From: Octopus sinensis
Taxonomy: Eukaryota
Assembly: GCF_006345805.1 (NCBI RefSeq)
Contig: NC_043004.1
Span: 85,622,001 to 85,686,000 of the forward strand
Length of the DNA: 64,000 bases
Direction: 5' to 3'
The notes under the pieces were generated by a model that was given only the letters and a program-made list of their open reading frames with translations, did not search any database and had not been told where the DNA came from. A program made the translations under genes and the position numbers. This document shows positions 39,238 to 54,301 of the stretch, one piece after another; position 1 is the first letter of the stretch; each line of letters starts with the position of its first letter.

Positions 39238-39630
39238 GGAGGCGCAATGGCCCAGTGGTTAAGGCAGCGGACTCGCGGTCGGAGGATCGAGGTTTCGATT
39301 CCCAGTTCAGGCGTTGTGTGTGTTTATTGAGCGAAAACACCTAAAGCTCCACGAGCTCCGGCAGGGGGTGGTGGCGACCCCTGTTTTACTCTTTCGCTCC
39401 AAATTTCTCTCACTCTTTCTTCTTGTTTCTTGTCCCCGACTTCCTACGCAACCGCTGAGCCTGGATGCGCATTCATCCATCCGTCGATGCTTTCGGTGTC
39501 GGGGGTTGACTTGCTTTCTCTTCTGCGGGTCTTACGAATAGCAAAGGATCTTGTATCGGACTTCTGCCACTACAGAGGCGCGATCTTACGAGCTCTGGGA
39601 CGAAGGCTCAACAGCATCAGCAACAACAAC
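39238..39630 (+). mobile_element. SINE family 3, tail type C
   Basis: Same head to ~39420, then a third distinct tail ending in (CAA)n. Confidence 0.85.
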
Positions 39631-40433
39631 AAGCAGACAAAACACCCTCGGATTCTTGAAGATAATTTCATCTTATTGTTTGCTGTTATTCATTAGGAAA
39701 GTAATCCTGAAAACTGTTTCTATGTCTACGTACATGTAAGATTGACTGTGTGTCTATGTATGACTGTGTGTTCGCATTGTCTATGCGCTTGCAAATATAT
39801 GTGTCTTTGAGTGTATGTATGTATGTATGTATGTATGTATGTATGCATTATGTATGTATTATGTATGTATGTATGTATGCATTATGTATGTATGTATTAT
39901 GTATGTATGTATGTATGTAGTATGTATGTATGTATGTATGTAAGTATGTATGTATGCATGTGCGTATGTGTGTGTGTATGCATGTATGTATGTATGTATG
40001 TATTATTTATGTATGTGTGTATGTATGTTAGTGTGTATGTGTGCATGTGTGTATGTATGTATGTATGTATGTATGTATGTATGTATGTATGTATGCATGT
40101 ATATATATAAGTAATATTCGTAGCCACTTCGTCATATGTATGTATGCGAAAGCTTCTTTGACAGATTGTACACTATTTGTGTACATGTGCACACGAGCCT
40201 GGGTGCGCTTCTAGTATTTTTGACTGATCGCTTTTGTGTTTGTGTGTGTGTGTATGAGGGTTTGTGTGTGTATGTGTGTGTGTGCGTGTGTGCGTGTGTG
40301 GGAATATGCTCAAAAAACAAATTGTGCCAAACGTTGGCAAAAAAATTTCTTTTAAAAATAAGAAAGCAAACAGTACTAGCGGCGGTGTTTTCACATCAAA
40401 AACCAACTATATGAGCTGGAATTTATTCTTCTC

Positions 40434-40537
<104 letters not shown>

Positions 40538-41146
40538 TACATAGATATATAAATATACACACACTATGCATATATATTTACATATATATAATCTTTTTCT
40601 ATTTTTTCTATTGGATCGATGAATTCGAAATTTCTAAAGCATAAGTCGTTTTATTAAATATACGGTTTGCTGTGGTTTACATAAATATATAAATACTATT
40701 TGTTACATTAAATTGGTGCTACTGCCAAATATAAACACATATATTCGTACTGATATGCCCGGATAATAGGAAACAGATGGCCAGCAGTTGCGAAATATTT
40801 TTATTAGAAAATTATAAATTATTGAAAAATAAAATATTTATTGCTTTTATGGGTAACTACTTCAGAACCTAAAATTTCTTTGCAAAGATAATGTTTTTAT
40901 ACGTGTACTCATCGTCATTGGTACAACTGGTTGTGTTGGTATGCGTTTTAGTAATAAACAGCAAGAAGTGAAGTTGTAAAGCAGAGACAGCGACAGGTCC
41001 TCAAACGCGTAAACACGTATACTGCGATTTTAATATGTCGGCGGATCAGCTGAGGTATGAATCATGTTTCATGGAGCCCAACCTCCCCACAACACTTGCT
41101 TACATTTCGCGGAAATTTGGCTATAGATTTTAATATCTGAATTTCC

Positions 41147-41364
41147 TTAACTAATCAGCATTTAAACCGGTCATATCAAGGCCCAAATATTCTACATGTT
41201 TTAAGTTTAAACTGGCAATATCTCGCCTCTCACACGTAACCTACAATGTCATTCCAAAAGTAGACAATCACATCGTCAAAACCTTCAAGCAATGATCGGT
41301 TCAAAACAATGTGACAAAAATAAGCATTATATTTAACAGAGTAATATGAATGGTAAAGAGTTAA
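41147..41364. mobile_element. Possible piggyBac-like MITE
   Basis: TTAA at both ends with degenerate TIRs TTAACTAATCAGCATT / AATGGTAAAGAGTTAA. Confidence 0.4.
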
Positions 41365-42404
41365 CTATAGAAAAATGTCAAACAAATATCGTTGTTTTGT
41401 TTAGTTTCCTTAATGTCTGATAAAAAGAGGCTGGTAAAAAGATACATAAAAAGAGACAAATTCTTCAATCTCGCTTATGATAATGAATGTTTGTTAATGA
41501 CCTAAAGAGTACGAAAATGACCTAACGATGATGACCAATCCAGGGTCAGTAACATGGAGGTTGTGTCCGGCATTCCCATTACAACCACCACAGATAATGA
41601 CCAAATAATTATCTATCTTCGACACCTGTAGGATGACCGATCCCGCTATATATATTAGCAGGGGTGCGAATATGGCCACATTCTATTTTTGTTAACGTAT
41701 TGGATCTGCCAGTACTTCTTTCAAACGACGTTTTCTTAACCACCAGTCATACTTCAGAGTCCCAGAAAGATAGTTTCTCACGTCCCTGGCCCGACATGTG
41801 TGAGACCTCAAAGTTCAAAGGACCCCGTATGATATGCGGTGGAAAATAATCGATCATCCAGGCCCATATATTAATGGAAGTGGCTGTTGCAAGATCTAGA
41901 GAGAGCCAAAATTCTTAAGGGCTATACGAAACCTGGCGAGTTAAATAGTTGTAAAGAAGAGAATTCTAAATGTGTCCCCCTCGAGCAATACGAACTGGAA
42001 AATTGGATCTCCTTGTTTGCTGAGTAGGTCTTTTCGGGTCTATAAGAGTTGTTTTATCCTCTGATTCAGGGGAGACAACCAGTCCTCAATAATGTCTTGT
42101 TTTTGTTAAGACGTATATCTTGGTTTCTGAGCGTTTCCTCACGTTCTCGACGAAGAAATTTTAAATATTCGTCTTTATCTATAGTGTCTGACGAGCTGTC
42201 CACAAGGCTTTGGCTTTGTAGATATGAAGCCTTGCGTAAGACTATGTCCAAGATATAATTTTTTTTGTTGTAACAATTATTTCTCTATTCTTTAGAGTGT
42301 GCTTCTTTCCTGAAATTTGTTTTATTAATTAGCTATATATATATAGAGAGAGAGAGAGACAGATAGAGAGAGGGAGGGAGAGAGAGAGGGAGAGAGACAG
42401 AGAG

Positions 42405-42815
42405 AGGTGTAGGAGTGGCTGTGTGGTAAGTAGCTTGCTTACGAACCGTATGGTTCCGGGTTCAGTCCTACTGCGTTGCACCTTGAGCAAGTGTCTTCTA
42501 CTATGGCCTCGAACCGACCAAAGCCTTGAGTGGATTTGGTAGATGGAAACTGAGAAAAAGCCCGTCGTATATATGTATATGTATATATATATATGTATGT
42601 GTGTGTATATGTTTGTGTATCTGTGTTTGTTCCCCCGACATCGCTTGACAACCGATACTGGTGTGTTTACGTCCACGTAACTTAGCGTTTCGGCAAAACA
42701 GACCGATAGAATAAGTGCTAGGCCTACAAAGAATAAATACTGGGGTCGATTTGCTCAACTAAAGGCGGTGCTCCAGCATGGCCACAGTCAAAGCACTGAA
42801 ACACGTAAAAGAGTA
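42405..42815 (+). mobile_element. SINE family 2
   Basis: Full head-to-tail match. Confidence 0.88.
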
Positions 42816-43784
42816 TGTATGTGTTTGTGTGAGAGTGTGTATATGTGTGTGTGTCTGCGTGTGTGACTGTGTTCACTTGCTCAAAGTTCCACATCAAGGA
42901 ACAGGACACACAACCCGAATGATCGTTCACGCTGTACATTGTAATAAAATAATTAAAAATATATCCAAATAATTCCATCATTACCACATTATTATTTTGT
43001 TTCAAATCTTTATGCTACAAAAAAAAAGTATAAATATTAAATAAGCAAAATGCGTTAAACAAATGAAGCTACATACTGTAGTTAACAACTAAAATTTCTT
43101 GAAAAAATATCGTTCGGATCTGAAGAATATTCAGTAAAAATGCCTGATTTATATTTACCCCTACTTACAACGACCACAAGCTCATTACTGAAAGCATATT
43201 CGTAATTACAATGATCGTAACTCCTCCATAAAGAAGCAAAGCACATGTTATGTTGGATAAAGACTGCAATTTCAGTCGACAGAACAAATGAGTGATGCAT
43301 GTGTTAATTGGTTCTGTCGCATTATACAGACGTGTGTATGGGAAATTCTTTTATACCTGATCTCATTAAACGTCTGGTTTAACTCCATCATTATTTCGGA
43401 AATCAGCAAATGCAACACTCAGACTTTATTTATTTATTTATTTTTTGAGTGTTTATTTATTTATTTGTTTGTTTATTTAGTTGTTGATCACACTTTGAAA
43501 ACTATTCATCCTTAACACTTAAACGGCAGTAAAGCATTACATAATTGTATGGTGCAAACAGACAAATAACGAAATATATCACTTTTTCTTAAGGACAAGT
43601 TTTACACTTATTTTCACCTAAAATAAGCGCAAGATATATAATAATTGCTAGTTTCTTGCGCAATAAAATTTACAATCTCATTATCGGAAAGTGTTGCGCA
43701 ATATTCACTTTTTGTTCGATAGATGACCACAAACATTTAAACACTAGTTCCAGACACAAATTTGTAATCTACTATTGAAAAACC

Positions 43785-44010
43785 AATATGATGTCTGCAA
43801 GTCGATTTGGAACAAGAGGAACCCTTGATCATTCTCTTAAAACAAGCATGGATGCAGCTTTTCAGACCTGCTTGGGTCCTGTACTCTTTTTTACAGATGT
43901 GGAAAGGATGGGATACCTCTTCATGCAGATATTTGGTATTACCACATTTACTGAAACATGCTTTCAATCATTTACTCATTGAGAGCTTTCTTATTTTCTT
44001 GTGTGGCCAT
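43785..44010 (-). pseudogene. RTE-like LINE 3' end
   Basis: Degenerate C-terminal zinc finger HICKKEYRTQAGLKSCIHA and short 3'UTR. Confidence 0.55.
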
Positions 44011-44375
44011 CGTAGTATGCAACAACACATAACGGAAATTTCAAAAACCAAGCGGTACCTTTGCCTGAAGTTTAATAACGTAAAGGCGCGTGACCTAGCT
44101 GTGACAGTGTTGCGCTCATGATCGCAAGATTAAGGTTTCGATTTCTGGATCGGGCAGTATATTATGTCCTTGGTCATAACATTTCATTTTACGTTGCTCC
44201 AGTGTTCAACCGTAAATTGAACAACGCAGATGAGATTTTTTTACATGCGTTCGTATATATATGTGTATATATATGTATATATATATATTATATGTGTGTG
44301 TGTATATATATGTATATGTATGTATATATATATTGTTTCATATCTTTTAATTGCATATCTTTTACTTTTCTTTAT

Positions 44376-44414
<39 letters not shown>

Positions 44415-44454
44415 CATATATATACACACATATATATAAATATATGTATGTATT

Positions 44455-44672
44455 TATCTGTGTCCTTGTGTCTGTGTTTCTCCCTCCTACTATCGCTTGA
44501 CAACGGATGTTGGTGTATTTACCACCCTTAACTTAACAGTTCGACAAAATAAGACGGATAGAATAAGTTTCCAAGCTTACAAAGACTAAGTCCTGGGGTC
44601 GATTTCATAGACTAAAAGGCGCTGGTCCAACATGGCCGCAGTGAAAATGACTGAAACAAACAAAAGAATAAA
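44455..44672 (+). mobile_element. SINE family 2, 3' half
   Basis: ATCGCTTGACAAC...CATGGCCGCAGTGAAAATGACTGAAAC. Confidence 0.75.
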
Positions 44673-45428
44673 CAGTACAGCTGCATAATCGAAAAAACTT
44701 TATCTTCAATGCTGATGGGGAAAGCAGACGACTTTTTAAGGAAGCGTCTATATTATAATGAGTGAAGAAGTGCGGGGCTGTATCCAGTTTATTTTTTTCC
44801 CCACATTATTAAAACAGTCCTATTATTTTGAAGAAATTATAAACGAATATTAAAAGAAATATTTTAACTATAAAGTTTATTTGTATATTAAACATAAATT
44901 ATAATGCTTAGTATTACAAAATTTGCTTCTGTTTTAGATGTGAACTTCCGTTGAAATTACAAATAGCTTTCCTTCGCGTTCGTAAAAAATGTGATAAAGT
45001 GACAAAAAAATAACAACACGCAAGTGAGTAAATTATTCTTAAAAGTATTACGTATTGCAAAAGAATAATCCTTTTTTAATAGAATTAAGCTTTCAAATTG
45101 TGTTCGACTGCGGTCATGCTTGAGTACGACTTTGAAATTATTTAATCAATAATATCATTTCCCAACACAATTCTTCGCACATAGTCAGATGTATGTTGCA
45201 TTACCAAGAGCGTCAAGAAAAGAAACTATAAAAATATAAACCGACATAAATGAAAAGGGTCCATTTGCTGACAGTTGTGTCTGCAAAAAAAAAAAATATT
45301 CAGTAATGTGAGACATCCGTTGTCAAGCGATGGTAGGAGGGTGAAACACAGAAACAAGGACACACATAAATACACACACACATACATACACATTTGTACA
45401 TATATATGTATATATATATATATAATAT

Positions 45429-45517
<89 letters not shown>

Positions 45518-45523
45518 GTAATG

Positions 45524-45591
<68 letters not shown>

Positions 45592-45593
<2 letters not shown>

Positions 45594-45885
45594 CACGTGA
45601 TCACGTGACCGACCAGGCTATCAGATGTTGCTACACATCACTAGTCACAATGCGCTTCGCATTGTTTTAGCCTTAAAATAACGCCACACCGCTGGCTAAG
45701 CGAGCAGGCCAACAGAAGAAAGAGTGAGAGAAAGTTGCGGCGAAAGAGTACGGCAGGGATCACCACCACCCCCTGCCGGAGCCTCGTGGAGCTTTAGGTG
45801 TTTTCGCTCAATAAACACTCGCAACACCGGGTTTGGGAATCGAAACCGCGATCCTACGACCGCGAGTCCGCTCTCCCTAACAACT
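45592..45885 (-). mobile_element. SINE family 3, tail type B
   Basis: Near-identical to 31947-32250; tail abuts (TA)n. Confidence 0.9.
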
Positions 45886-46567
45886 CTCTTTTAATTGAAA
45901 TGTATTTAAATTTCTTTTTAATTGCTAGGAAATGGACACTAGAGACACTTAAGCCGTCTATAAGTGAATATAATGAAACAACAATATAGCAAAACTCAAC
46001 TCATCATATTGGTAAATGTAATTCATTAATTCCCACCAGAGCATCTATTTCCCACACAAGTGAAAATTCAGGAACATTTTCCCTTGACAGTCTCATCACT
46101 TTCCCAATTTTCATTATCGTCTTTTTTCTAAGTGGATTCTATTACTGATTACAGAATAAACTATAACAGTCTTTGTTCAATTCATGAGCATATTGTCAAG
46201 TTTCTCTATAATTTATGTATTATATCTATATTTATATATATTTAGCAACATGTACAACACATATGTCAGCGGGGCGGTTTTTCTGCTAGTACAAGTAATG
46301 ATGAGAGTACAATTATTAGTGACAGCATTAGATCTAGGTAGAAAATAAATATACACACTTCCCTCAAAACATTTTACTTGGTTGCTGGAATTCATTTTTC
46401 AAAGTTTGTATCGTAATGTACAGTAACTCAAATCAACGCCTGATGATAAGACATGGTTATTTTGTTATTTTGTTTAATTATTTAAAGTATTAGTAAATAA
46501 TAAAGGACTATTCTCGGGGAAACGAATGATACATACTTCGAAACCTGTCTTAAGTTTGTTTTTCTTT

Positions 46568-46608
<41 letters not shown>

Positions 46609-46813
46609 ATGTGTGTGTGTCAGTGTGTGTGTGCGTGTGTGTGTGTGTGAACAACATCCTTGTTTATGAATAATAAATTGTTGCTCTACGAAGAATAGAG
46701 TAAGTCATTAGGTAATGTAAAATTGCTTTTATTACAACTGAACATAAAAACAAACATTAATGTGTGTGTATGCGCGTGTGTGTGTATGTGTATTTGTGTG
46801 CGTTTGAGTGTGT

Positions 46814-46858
<45 letters not shown>

Positions 46859-47078
46859 TGTGTCTGTGTGTGTGTGTGTGTGCGTGATAGCCTCGCCCAT
46901 GGAAGACTACGTATGACCGTTCGGCAAATGCCGAACGACCTGCACAAGTGATTTGTTAACCTTGATCAAATGTTTGTGTCGCTCATTAGCTCAGTCTCTC
47001 TATCAACATACATATATGTATATATATATATATATATAAACACACACACACACATGATACAAACACACATACATATAC

Positions 47079-48293
47079 ACACATGGCAGAAGTAAACAGA
47101 CTACCTTATAAACAATAAACATGAGATTATACATTCAAATTATTTATTAATTGTTATAATGCGAATATTTAATACTTAGTAGACGTGCCCTTTGCATTTT
47201 TCAAAGCAAGGACCCTATTAGGCATCAGATGATGAATATTTTCCTGCGGAATTTCTTGCCGAGTTTCCTGCAATAATCTCAAAAGATCTGGCTTTGAAGA
47301 TGATTTCTTGTTCTTTCTATGAAGTGTCTTGTCCATTGGGTCCCAGACGTATTCAATAGGGTTCATATCTGATGACTGGCTTGGCTATGGAACCGTTTTA
47401 ATGCCATTCCCATCCAACAAATCTTGGACCATTTTAACCGTGTGACAAGGAGTCCCAACGTCCATGGAAAAGGAGTCTTCTTTAATCATTTTACTACTAG
47501 AGAAGATTGGAAGGATTCCTTTCTACAATATGGACGCACATTTATCTGAGTTTATGTTTCCCTCACAGTCCACCAGCTCTGATCAACCATTACTCTAAAT
47601 TGCACCCCGGACCATCACAGAATATCTGTCATGTTTCATTGTTGGCTGCAATCTTTTCACATCAAATTCTTGATCACAGAATCTCTAGTCCCACACCCGA
47701 CCACTGTCAGGAAATACAGCAAATCTGGACTCATCAGAGAATATGACAGTGTCCCAAAATGCTAGTGGCCTCTCCAACATCTCAACTGGCCCAACCTTTT
47801 CTTCACTTCATGTTGGCTAGTCGAAGAAGTGGCTTCCTTCTTGCTGCTTAGCCATAGTAACGACGTTTGTGGAGATACCTGATAGCTGTTCTAGGACTGA
47901 CATCATCTGTTTCTGCTATGTCAGAGGCCTTGCAATGAAGATTATCCTCCACACGTCCCTTAGCAAAGACAAGAGACTTGTTAGATAGCTCTGGTTGACC
48001 TGGGCGAGCTGATATGGACTCCTTACTCTCACGGCTGAATTGCACAATCACGCTATTAACTGTAGAAAGCAGGATCCCAAGCTTTTCTGCGATTTTACGC
48101 TATGTCCACATGCAAAATGACACACAATACCGCCTCTTCCAAATTCAGACAGTTCCGAGCGTTGCTTTGTACACGGTATGATTAAACAGTCACATATAGA
48201 ACCTGAAACGCAGAAATGTTAATTAATAAAAAAAATATAAATCTTTACACGCGAGAATAAACATAAAACAATGTATACATATTTCTGTCATGT
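47079..48293 (-). mobile_element. Degenerate Tc1-like transposon
   Basis: Minus strand P*PSQSSDMNPIEYVWD (SPDLNPIE-like), MPNRVLALKNAKGTSTKY C-terminus, VSPRTAIRYLH..YYG..ARRKPLL; weak TIR remnants ACATGGCAGAA / TTCTGTCATGT. Confidence 0.8.
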
Positions 48294-48301
48294 CTGTCTA
48301 T

Positions 48302-48345
<44 letters not shown>

Positions 48346-48362
48346 ATATATATATGCATATG

Positions 48363-48398
<36 letters not shown>

Positions 48399-48403
48399 CG
48401 TAC

Positions 48404-48441
<38 letters not shown>

Positions 48442-49356
48442 TATATTATATATATATATATATATAATATTAACATGTGTGTGGTGTGTGTGTTATGTAT
48501 ATCCTTACATGTAACATATCGGTTTCTGTATCAATGACAATTTTTAGTACACAATCCAACCATAAAACACATTACATTTTAAAGTGTTCAAGTCCACGAT
48601 TCTTGCAGCAGTAAATATTCGATGTTCTTCACCATTTACATTCTGCCGGAAAACAGAATAAAACCAAATCCACAATATTCAACCTAAGTATGGAAAATCC
48701 TATTCAGCGCCTTTTTTCTGCAACACAAAGAATATATTAACTTATTATTTTATTGCATATGTTCGGTGGGAAGCATAAAAGCCTAACAACTTTCGCTACA
48801 CAGCTCAAAGATAAGCCATTGTTCTCAAACTTATATAGATTGTCCAGAAATGATTAGAAAGTTACAATATTTTATTTATTGCATACAAATGTGATAACGT
48901 CAAATATTGAACAATACCTAATAAGAGGTGTAAGCCATTGGAGAATGAAGTCCATTGAATTTAGCGGAAAGAGAAAATGCGGGCTGAAACATTTCCATTT
49001 TTGTGAAACACATTATTGATATATCTTACTTAAATTGCTACAAACGAAAAAAACCAGTCTCGTAGACATATTTTTTCATTCGTCGGGAGCTTAATGTTTT
49101 TCACTTCGGAGAACACTATATTTAAACTAGTATATATGCATTTGTTCGCTTACTTGCTTTGCTTCTTAGAGTCGTTTAGTCGATTCATATGATGCTTGTG
49201 TTACAAAAAAGAGTAAGTAAATAGCTATAGAGGCAAACGTGGGTCTCGTTACAGATTAATGAAAACAGCTTGGAGAAATTTCTTAGTTGTATTGAAGGGA
49301 ATATAAGAAGTCCATACAAAGAACTATTATTTCGCTATTTGACAGGTGACAATCTT

Positions 49357-49734
49357 GGCACTCCGTCGGTTGCGAAGACGAGGGTTCTAGTTGATCCGAT
49401 CAACAGAACAGCCTGCTCAAAAAATCAACGTGCAAGTGGCTGAGCACTCCACAGACATGTGTACCCTTAACGTAGTTTTCAGGGTGATTCAGCGTGACAC
49501 AGGGTGGGACAAGGCCAGCTGTTTGAAATATAGGTACAACAGAAACAGGAAGAAAGGGTGAGAGAAGGTTGTGGTGAAAGAGTACAGCAGAGTTCGCTAC
49601 TACCACCTAGCGGAGCCTCGTAGAGCTTTAAGCGGCTTAGCTCAATAAACACTCACAACACCTGGTCTGAGAATCGAAGCCGCGATCCTACGACCGCGAG
49701 CCCGCTGCCCTAACCACTGGGTCATTGCGCCTCC
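49357..49734 (-). mobile_element. SINE family 3, tail type A
   Basis: Reverse complement of 24012-24392. Confidence 0.9.
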
Positions 49735-50274
49735 GCACAGGTAATCATAATAATATGACTTTCATTATCGGCCACAAAGCAAGAAAAAGCCTTTAGGTCA
49801 TTACAAAGACAAACGACATCGAGAGTTTGTATACACACTACAACAATAATAATAATTCTTTCTACTATAAGTACAAGGCCTGAAATTTGCTGCAGAGGCC
49901 TAGGTGTTCTCACTAGTACTGAACTGTATTTGATTTTATCGACACCGATAGGTCGTTCCCGCCGGAATTTGAACGCAGACAGCGAAGGATAGATGATCGA
50001 ATCTGGAAAAGGAGAAAAGAAGAAGAATGAAAAGATAGAATGAGAACGAGTCAAGCAGATTAATGGCAAACATTCGCATGTTCAGTTTTACAAAGCCACT
50101 GAAGGTATATGTGGAAGAAAGTCCTGGACTTTATTGAAAAAATAAAGGGAAAGGAAAAAGAACAGAGAGTATTATAATAGGAACTCATGATCAAGCACTG
50201 CAAACGAGGGGCTTGAAGAAATACGAGCATGAGGGAAAGGTGACAACACGATGTAGAGTATATGGAATTTGGGA

Positions 50275-50423
50275 CAAGGTGCAGGATTAACAGTGTGGTA
50301 AGAGGCTTGCTTCTCAACAACATCGTTCCGGGTTCAGCCCTACTGCGTGGAGGCTTGGGAATATTTCTTGTACTTCAGCTTTGGACCGAGCAAAGCCTTG
50401 TGAGTGGAATTGGCGGACAGAAA

Positions 50424-50454
<31 letters not shown>

Positions 50455-50505
50455 CGTGCGTGTATGTATATATATATATATAGATAGATAGATAGATAGA
50501 CAGAC

Positions 50506-50574
<69 letters not shown>

Positions 50575-50762
50575 CATAGATATGTATGTATATATATACA
50601 TATATATATGTGTATATATATATATTTGTATATGTTTATGTATGTATGTATGTAGTTATGTATCTCTGTGGGTGTGTTTTTGTGTCTGTGGTTGACCCCT
50701 TTCACCACTTGGTAACAGGTGGTGTTGTTTTTGCGTCCCCTTTAACTTAACGGTTTGGCAAA
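50275..50762 (+). mobile_element. Degenerate SINE family 2 with expanded internal (GATA)n
   Basis: Head GTGTGGTAAGAGGCTTGCTTC..CCGGGTTCAGCCC and body match. Confidence 0.7.
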
Positions 50763-50824
50763 TTAACGACTGTGAGTAATGACATATATAATTGGTTAAA
50801 GGAGATGGACGTGTAATACCTTAC

Positions 50825-51400
50825 ACATTATCCTAGGCCAGTTGTTGAAGGTGAAAATGTCACTGTCCTCTAGGATTTTCCAGTCAACACCGACAGAACG
50901 ATCCAGGTTATTCAACCAGACATTATCATTAAAGACCCAGAAGAAAATACTTGTACGCTAATAGAAATAAGTGTTACTACTAATAAAAATATAACCGTAA
51001 AGGAATTTCACAAATGAAGTAATTATAAGGACCTGGGAATTGAAATACTAAAGACGTGGCATCTTAAAACGAGAACAGTTCTTGTTCTTGTTGGTGCCTT
51101 CGATATGATAAGAAAGGGATTTAAAAAACATCTAGATAATATCCCAGGAGAACCATGTCTCAGAGAAATCCCAAAGATTGTGCTGATAAGTACAGCCCAC
51201 ATCCTTTGAAAAAGCCTGCCAGTTGAAATGTCTGTGTTGTATTACATGAAAATATTTCGCTTTTGTGCCTGCCGAATCCCCTCCCCAAGCGTTCAGTCAT
51301 ACTGTAACGCCTCTTATCCTTCACTCGCCCCAGGACGCTGGATGTGTCGCGACAAGTGATTGCAACAAACAAGTGGATTGAAAGTAAATAATAATAATAG
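50825..51400 (+). pseudogene. R4/Dong-like LINE 3' end (restriction-like endonuclease, 3'UTR, (TAA)n tail)
   Basis: PRPVVEGENVTVL*DFPVNTDRTIQVIQPDIIIKD....CTLIEISV..KNITVKEFHK*SNYKDLGIEI..WHLKTRTVLVLVGAFDMI...KIVLISTAHIL. Confidence 0.88.
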
Positions 51401-51655
51401 TTTTCATTACTGGCCACGAAAGCCGAAAATTCATTAAGAGCAATAGAAAGTAAAATTGTAAACAACGAAATTGCTCAAGCTGGAGGATAGTACAGTCGAG
51501 AAACGAGCAAAGAACCCCACTGATCCAAGCAACTGATGAGATGGGTGCAACCGCCTCAAGTCGTTATTGAAAATATCTACAACTCCTACTAAATGTGGTG
51601 GTGCGATACTTTCTTCCCTTCGTTTGCCCACTTGTATATATATATATATATATAC

Positions 51656-51698
<43 letters not shown>

Positions 51699-51728
51699 TG
51701 GATGGATGGATGGATGGATGGATGGATG

Positions 51729-51827
<99 letters not shown>

Positions 51828-51861
51828 TGATTGATTGATTGATATATAGATAGATAGATAG

Positions 51862-51906
<45 letters not shown>

Positions 51907-53875
51907 TAGATAGATAGATATGGTGTGGTGTGTGAGGTGTTAGACAATAAGGATATGGATACATCGGGAGGCTGGAAGGAGATAATTATACATAATAGAA
52001 GTAAATTGTTACTTTATTCAACGAGAATTTGTTATTAAAATTCCGATGGGATTAACTGCTGTAAAGTAATCGCATAAGAGAAATACGGATTCCATACATT
52101 ATCCTAATAGGGAAAAAAAACGATTAAATTTCTAAGATCTTAGATTCTTCAACTAGAAAGCTCTTATGAAATATCCTCTGGGGTTTATTAGCGTAAAATA
52201 ACTGCATAATGGTAGCTAGTATATTATCCATTGTCATAATAAAACAAAGGAAGGATCATGTATGTAAGATCTTTAAATGAAGCTAATGTATATGATAGCA
52301 GGGTTGATGAGAGGGAAAACACGAAATGGAATATATTGAAAAAAATTATTGGACTTGACTAGTAAAATAAGAATGCTATAGAATGTTATAGAATAGCTAT
52401 GTATGATGTTAAGGGTGGATTAGCAACAACATAAATACATATCTGCTATTTGTGGAGCCTAATCGTGGTGTTGTAATATACAAGAAATAGCAGTCGTATT
52501 TCTCTCAAATCACAATTTATTTTATTTGATGAGGGAGGAGAATTATTCACACACGTTTTTATTAGGTGTTAGGCGAAAAGAAAATGATTACGGCTTGAAA
52601 ACTTATGATTACAGATCTCCTCAATCAGGTCTGACCTGGGATTAAATAACAATAGTAACAGCAGTAACATCAAAGGGGAGCTGTTGAAAGTGACTGACTG
52701 AGATTGAAATCTACGCTGTGATTGCGGATTTACAGAAATTTCTAATCCGTTTTTGCTACTTTAATCTTTCTTAAGAAAACTTGAGTATTGACAAGCCCCG
52801 TCCTTCTCAAATATACGACTTAGTTGCTTTCACAACAGCGCATAGTCTTAATGACGAAGATTTCGGATGGTCGTAAAAATATATCAACACATTTTGTTGG
52901 ACACAATTATTTCCATAAACATAGTTGTATGGTTATGAAAGTGGCTTTGCAACGATACGGTTCAGAGTTCGGTCCCACTTCTCGAGACAATCGTTGAGTG
53001 TCTTTTAATATAACCAAAAAATGCCTTGTAAAGGAATTCAGTCCGTTATATATATGTATATTTTTGTGTATGCATATGTGTTGTGTGTTATGAGTGTGCG
53101 TTTGTGTGTGTTTCTGCGTAGGTATATATGGATATATGCGATTTGTGTTTGTTTATGCCTTTCATATCGCTTGACAAAGACTATTGCTTTGCTTCTGTCC
53201 CCTTAAAGTGGATCGATAGAATGAGCACCAGATTTTTATAAAAATATGTACCGAGATGAGGTAGGCTTGGATTTTTAGACTAAATTCTTTTACCAATCAG
53301 GTAAAAGATAAAAAAAAAAAACAATAGAGGAAGGACAAAACATCTGATTTCAACATACTGGATCGCCTTATTTCACCTCCTATTATTATTCCATTCATAT
53401 CTGGAATGTTTTATAGTATGAAATCGCATCTGCAAGAAAGAATTAATAACATAACAAACGAAACGTGACTAAAACCCTCACGATTTTCACTTACACCTCA
53501 AGTGATATATTTTGTTTTTTGTTGTTGTAATTTCTGTAGTGGTTGCATTCCACTAACGGCGTCTATGCAGAATACTCGAGATCACCTACAGAGTCAGAAT
53601 CGGAAGCGATGATGTTCTGAAAATTGTGAATACGAGCAGCAAGATAGGAAATTGTGGCAGAAAAAAAGAGTGAGATTTTTAGGTTATATTTCTTGCATTG
53701 ACAGAAGAACGATTGTATCGCCAACCAGAACATTTCGTAAACTGCTTTGATAATTACTTAATTCATAATTAGTTAGGGATTTATTGATTGTGTTGCCACA
53801 TAGTTCGTCTGTTGTATGTCCTTATATGCGGCTGGTTTGATTGTCAGACGTAACTTTCCGGTCTAGGCAGTGTAG

Positions 53876-54256
53876 GAAACGTTAGCACGCCGGGCGAAAT
53901 GCTTAGCAGTATTTCGTCTGCCGTTACGTTCTAATTCCGCCGAGGTCGACTTTGCCTTTTATCATTTCGGGGTCGATAAATTAAGTGCCAGTTACGCACT
54001 GGGGTCGATATAATCGACTTAATCCGTTTGTCTGTCCTTGTTTGTCCTCTCTGTGTTTAGCACCTTGTGGGTAGTAAAGAAATAGGTATTTCGTCTGCTG
54101 TTACGTGCTGAGTTCAAATTCTGCCGACGTCGACTTTGCCTTACACCCATTAGGGGTCGATAAATCAAGTACCAGTTATGCACTGGGGTCAATGTAATCG
54201 ACTTAATTCTTTGTCTGTCCTTGTTTAGCCCCTTGTGAGCAATAAAGAAATAAGAA
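53876..54256 (+). mobile_element. SINE family 1 dimer with ~28-bp TSD
   Basis: Flanked by GTAACTTTCCGGTCTAGGCAGTGTAGGAA / GTAACTTTCCTGTCTAGACAATGTAGGAA. Confidence 0.88.
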
Positions 54257-54301
54257 GTAACTTTCCTGTCTAGACAATGTAGGAACTGTCGACTGTCGAC
54301 T

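Noticed and set aside
46435-46555. CTGATGA ... GAAACCTGTC possible hammerhead
   Set aside because: No stem I or stem II pairing in the required register
46918-46937. Hairpin CGTTCGGC-AAAT-GCCGAACG as a Helitron 3' end
   Set aside because: No CTRR terminus at the expected distance and no other Helitron features
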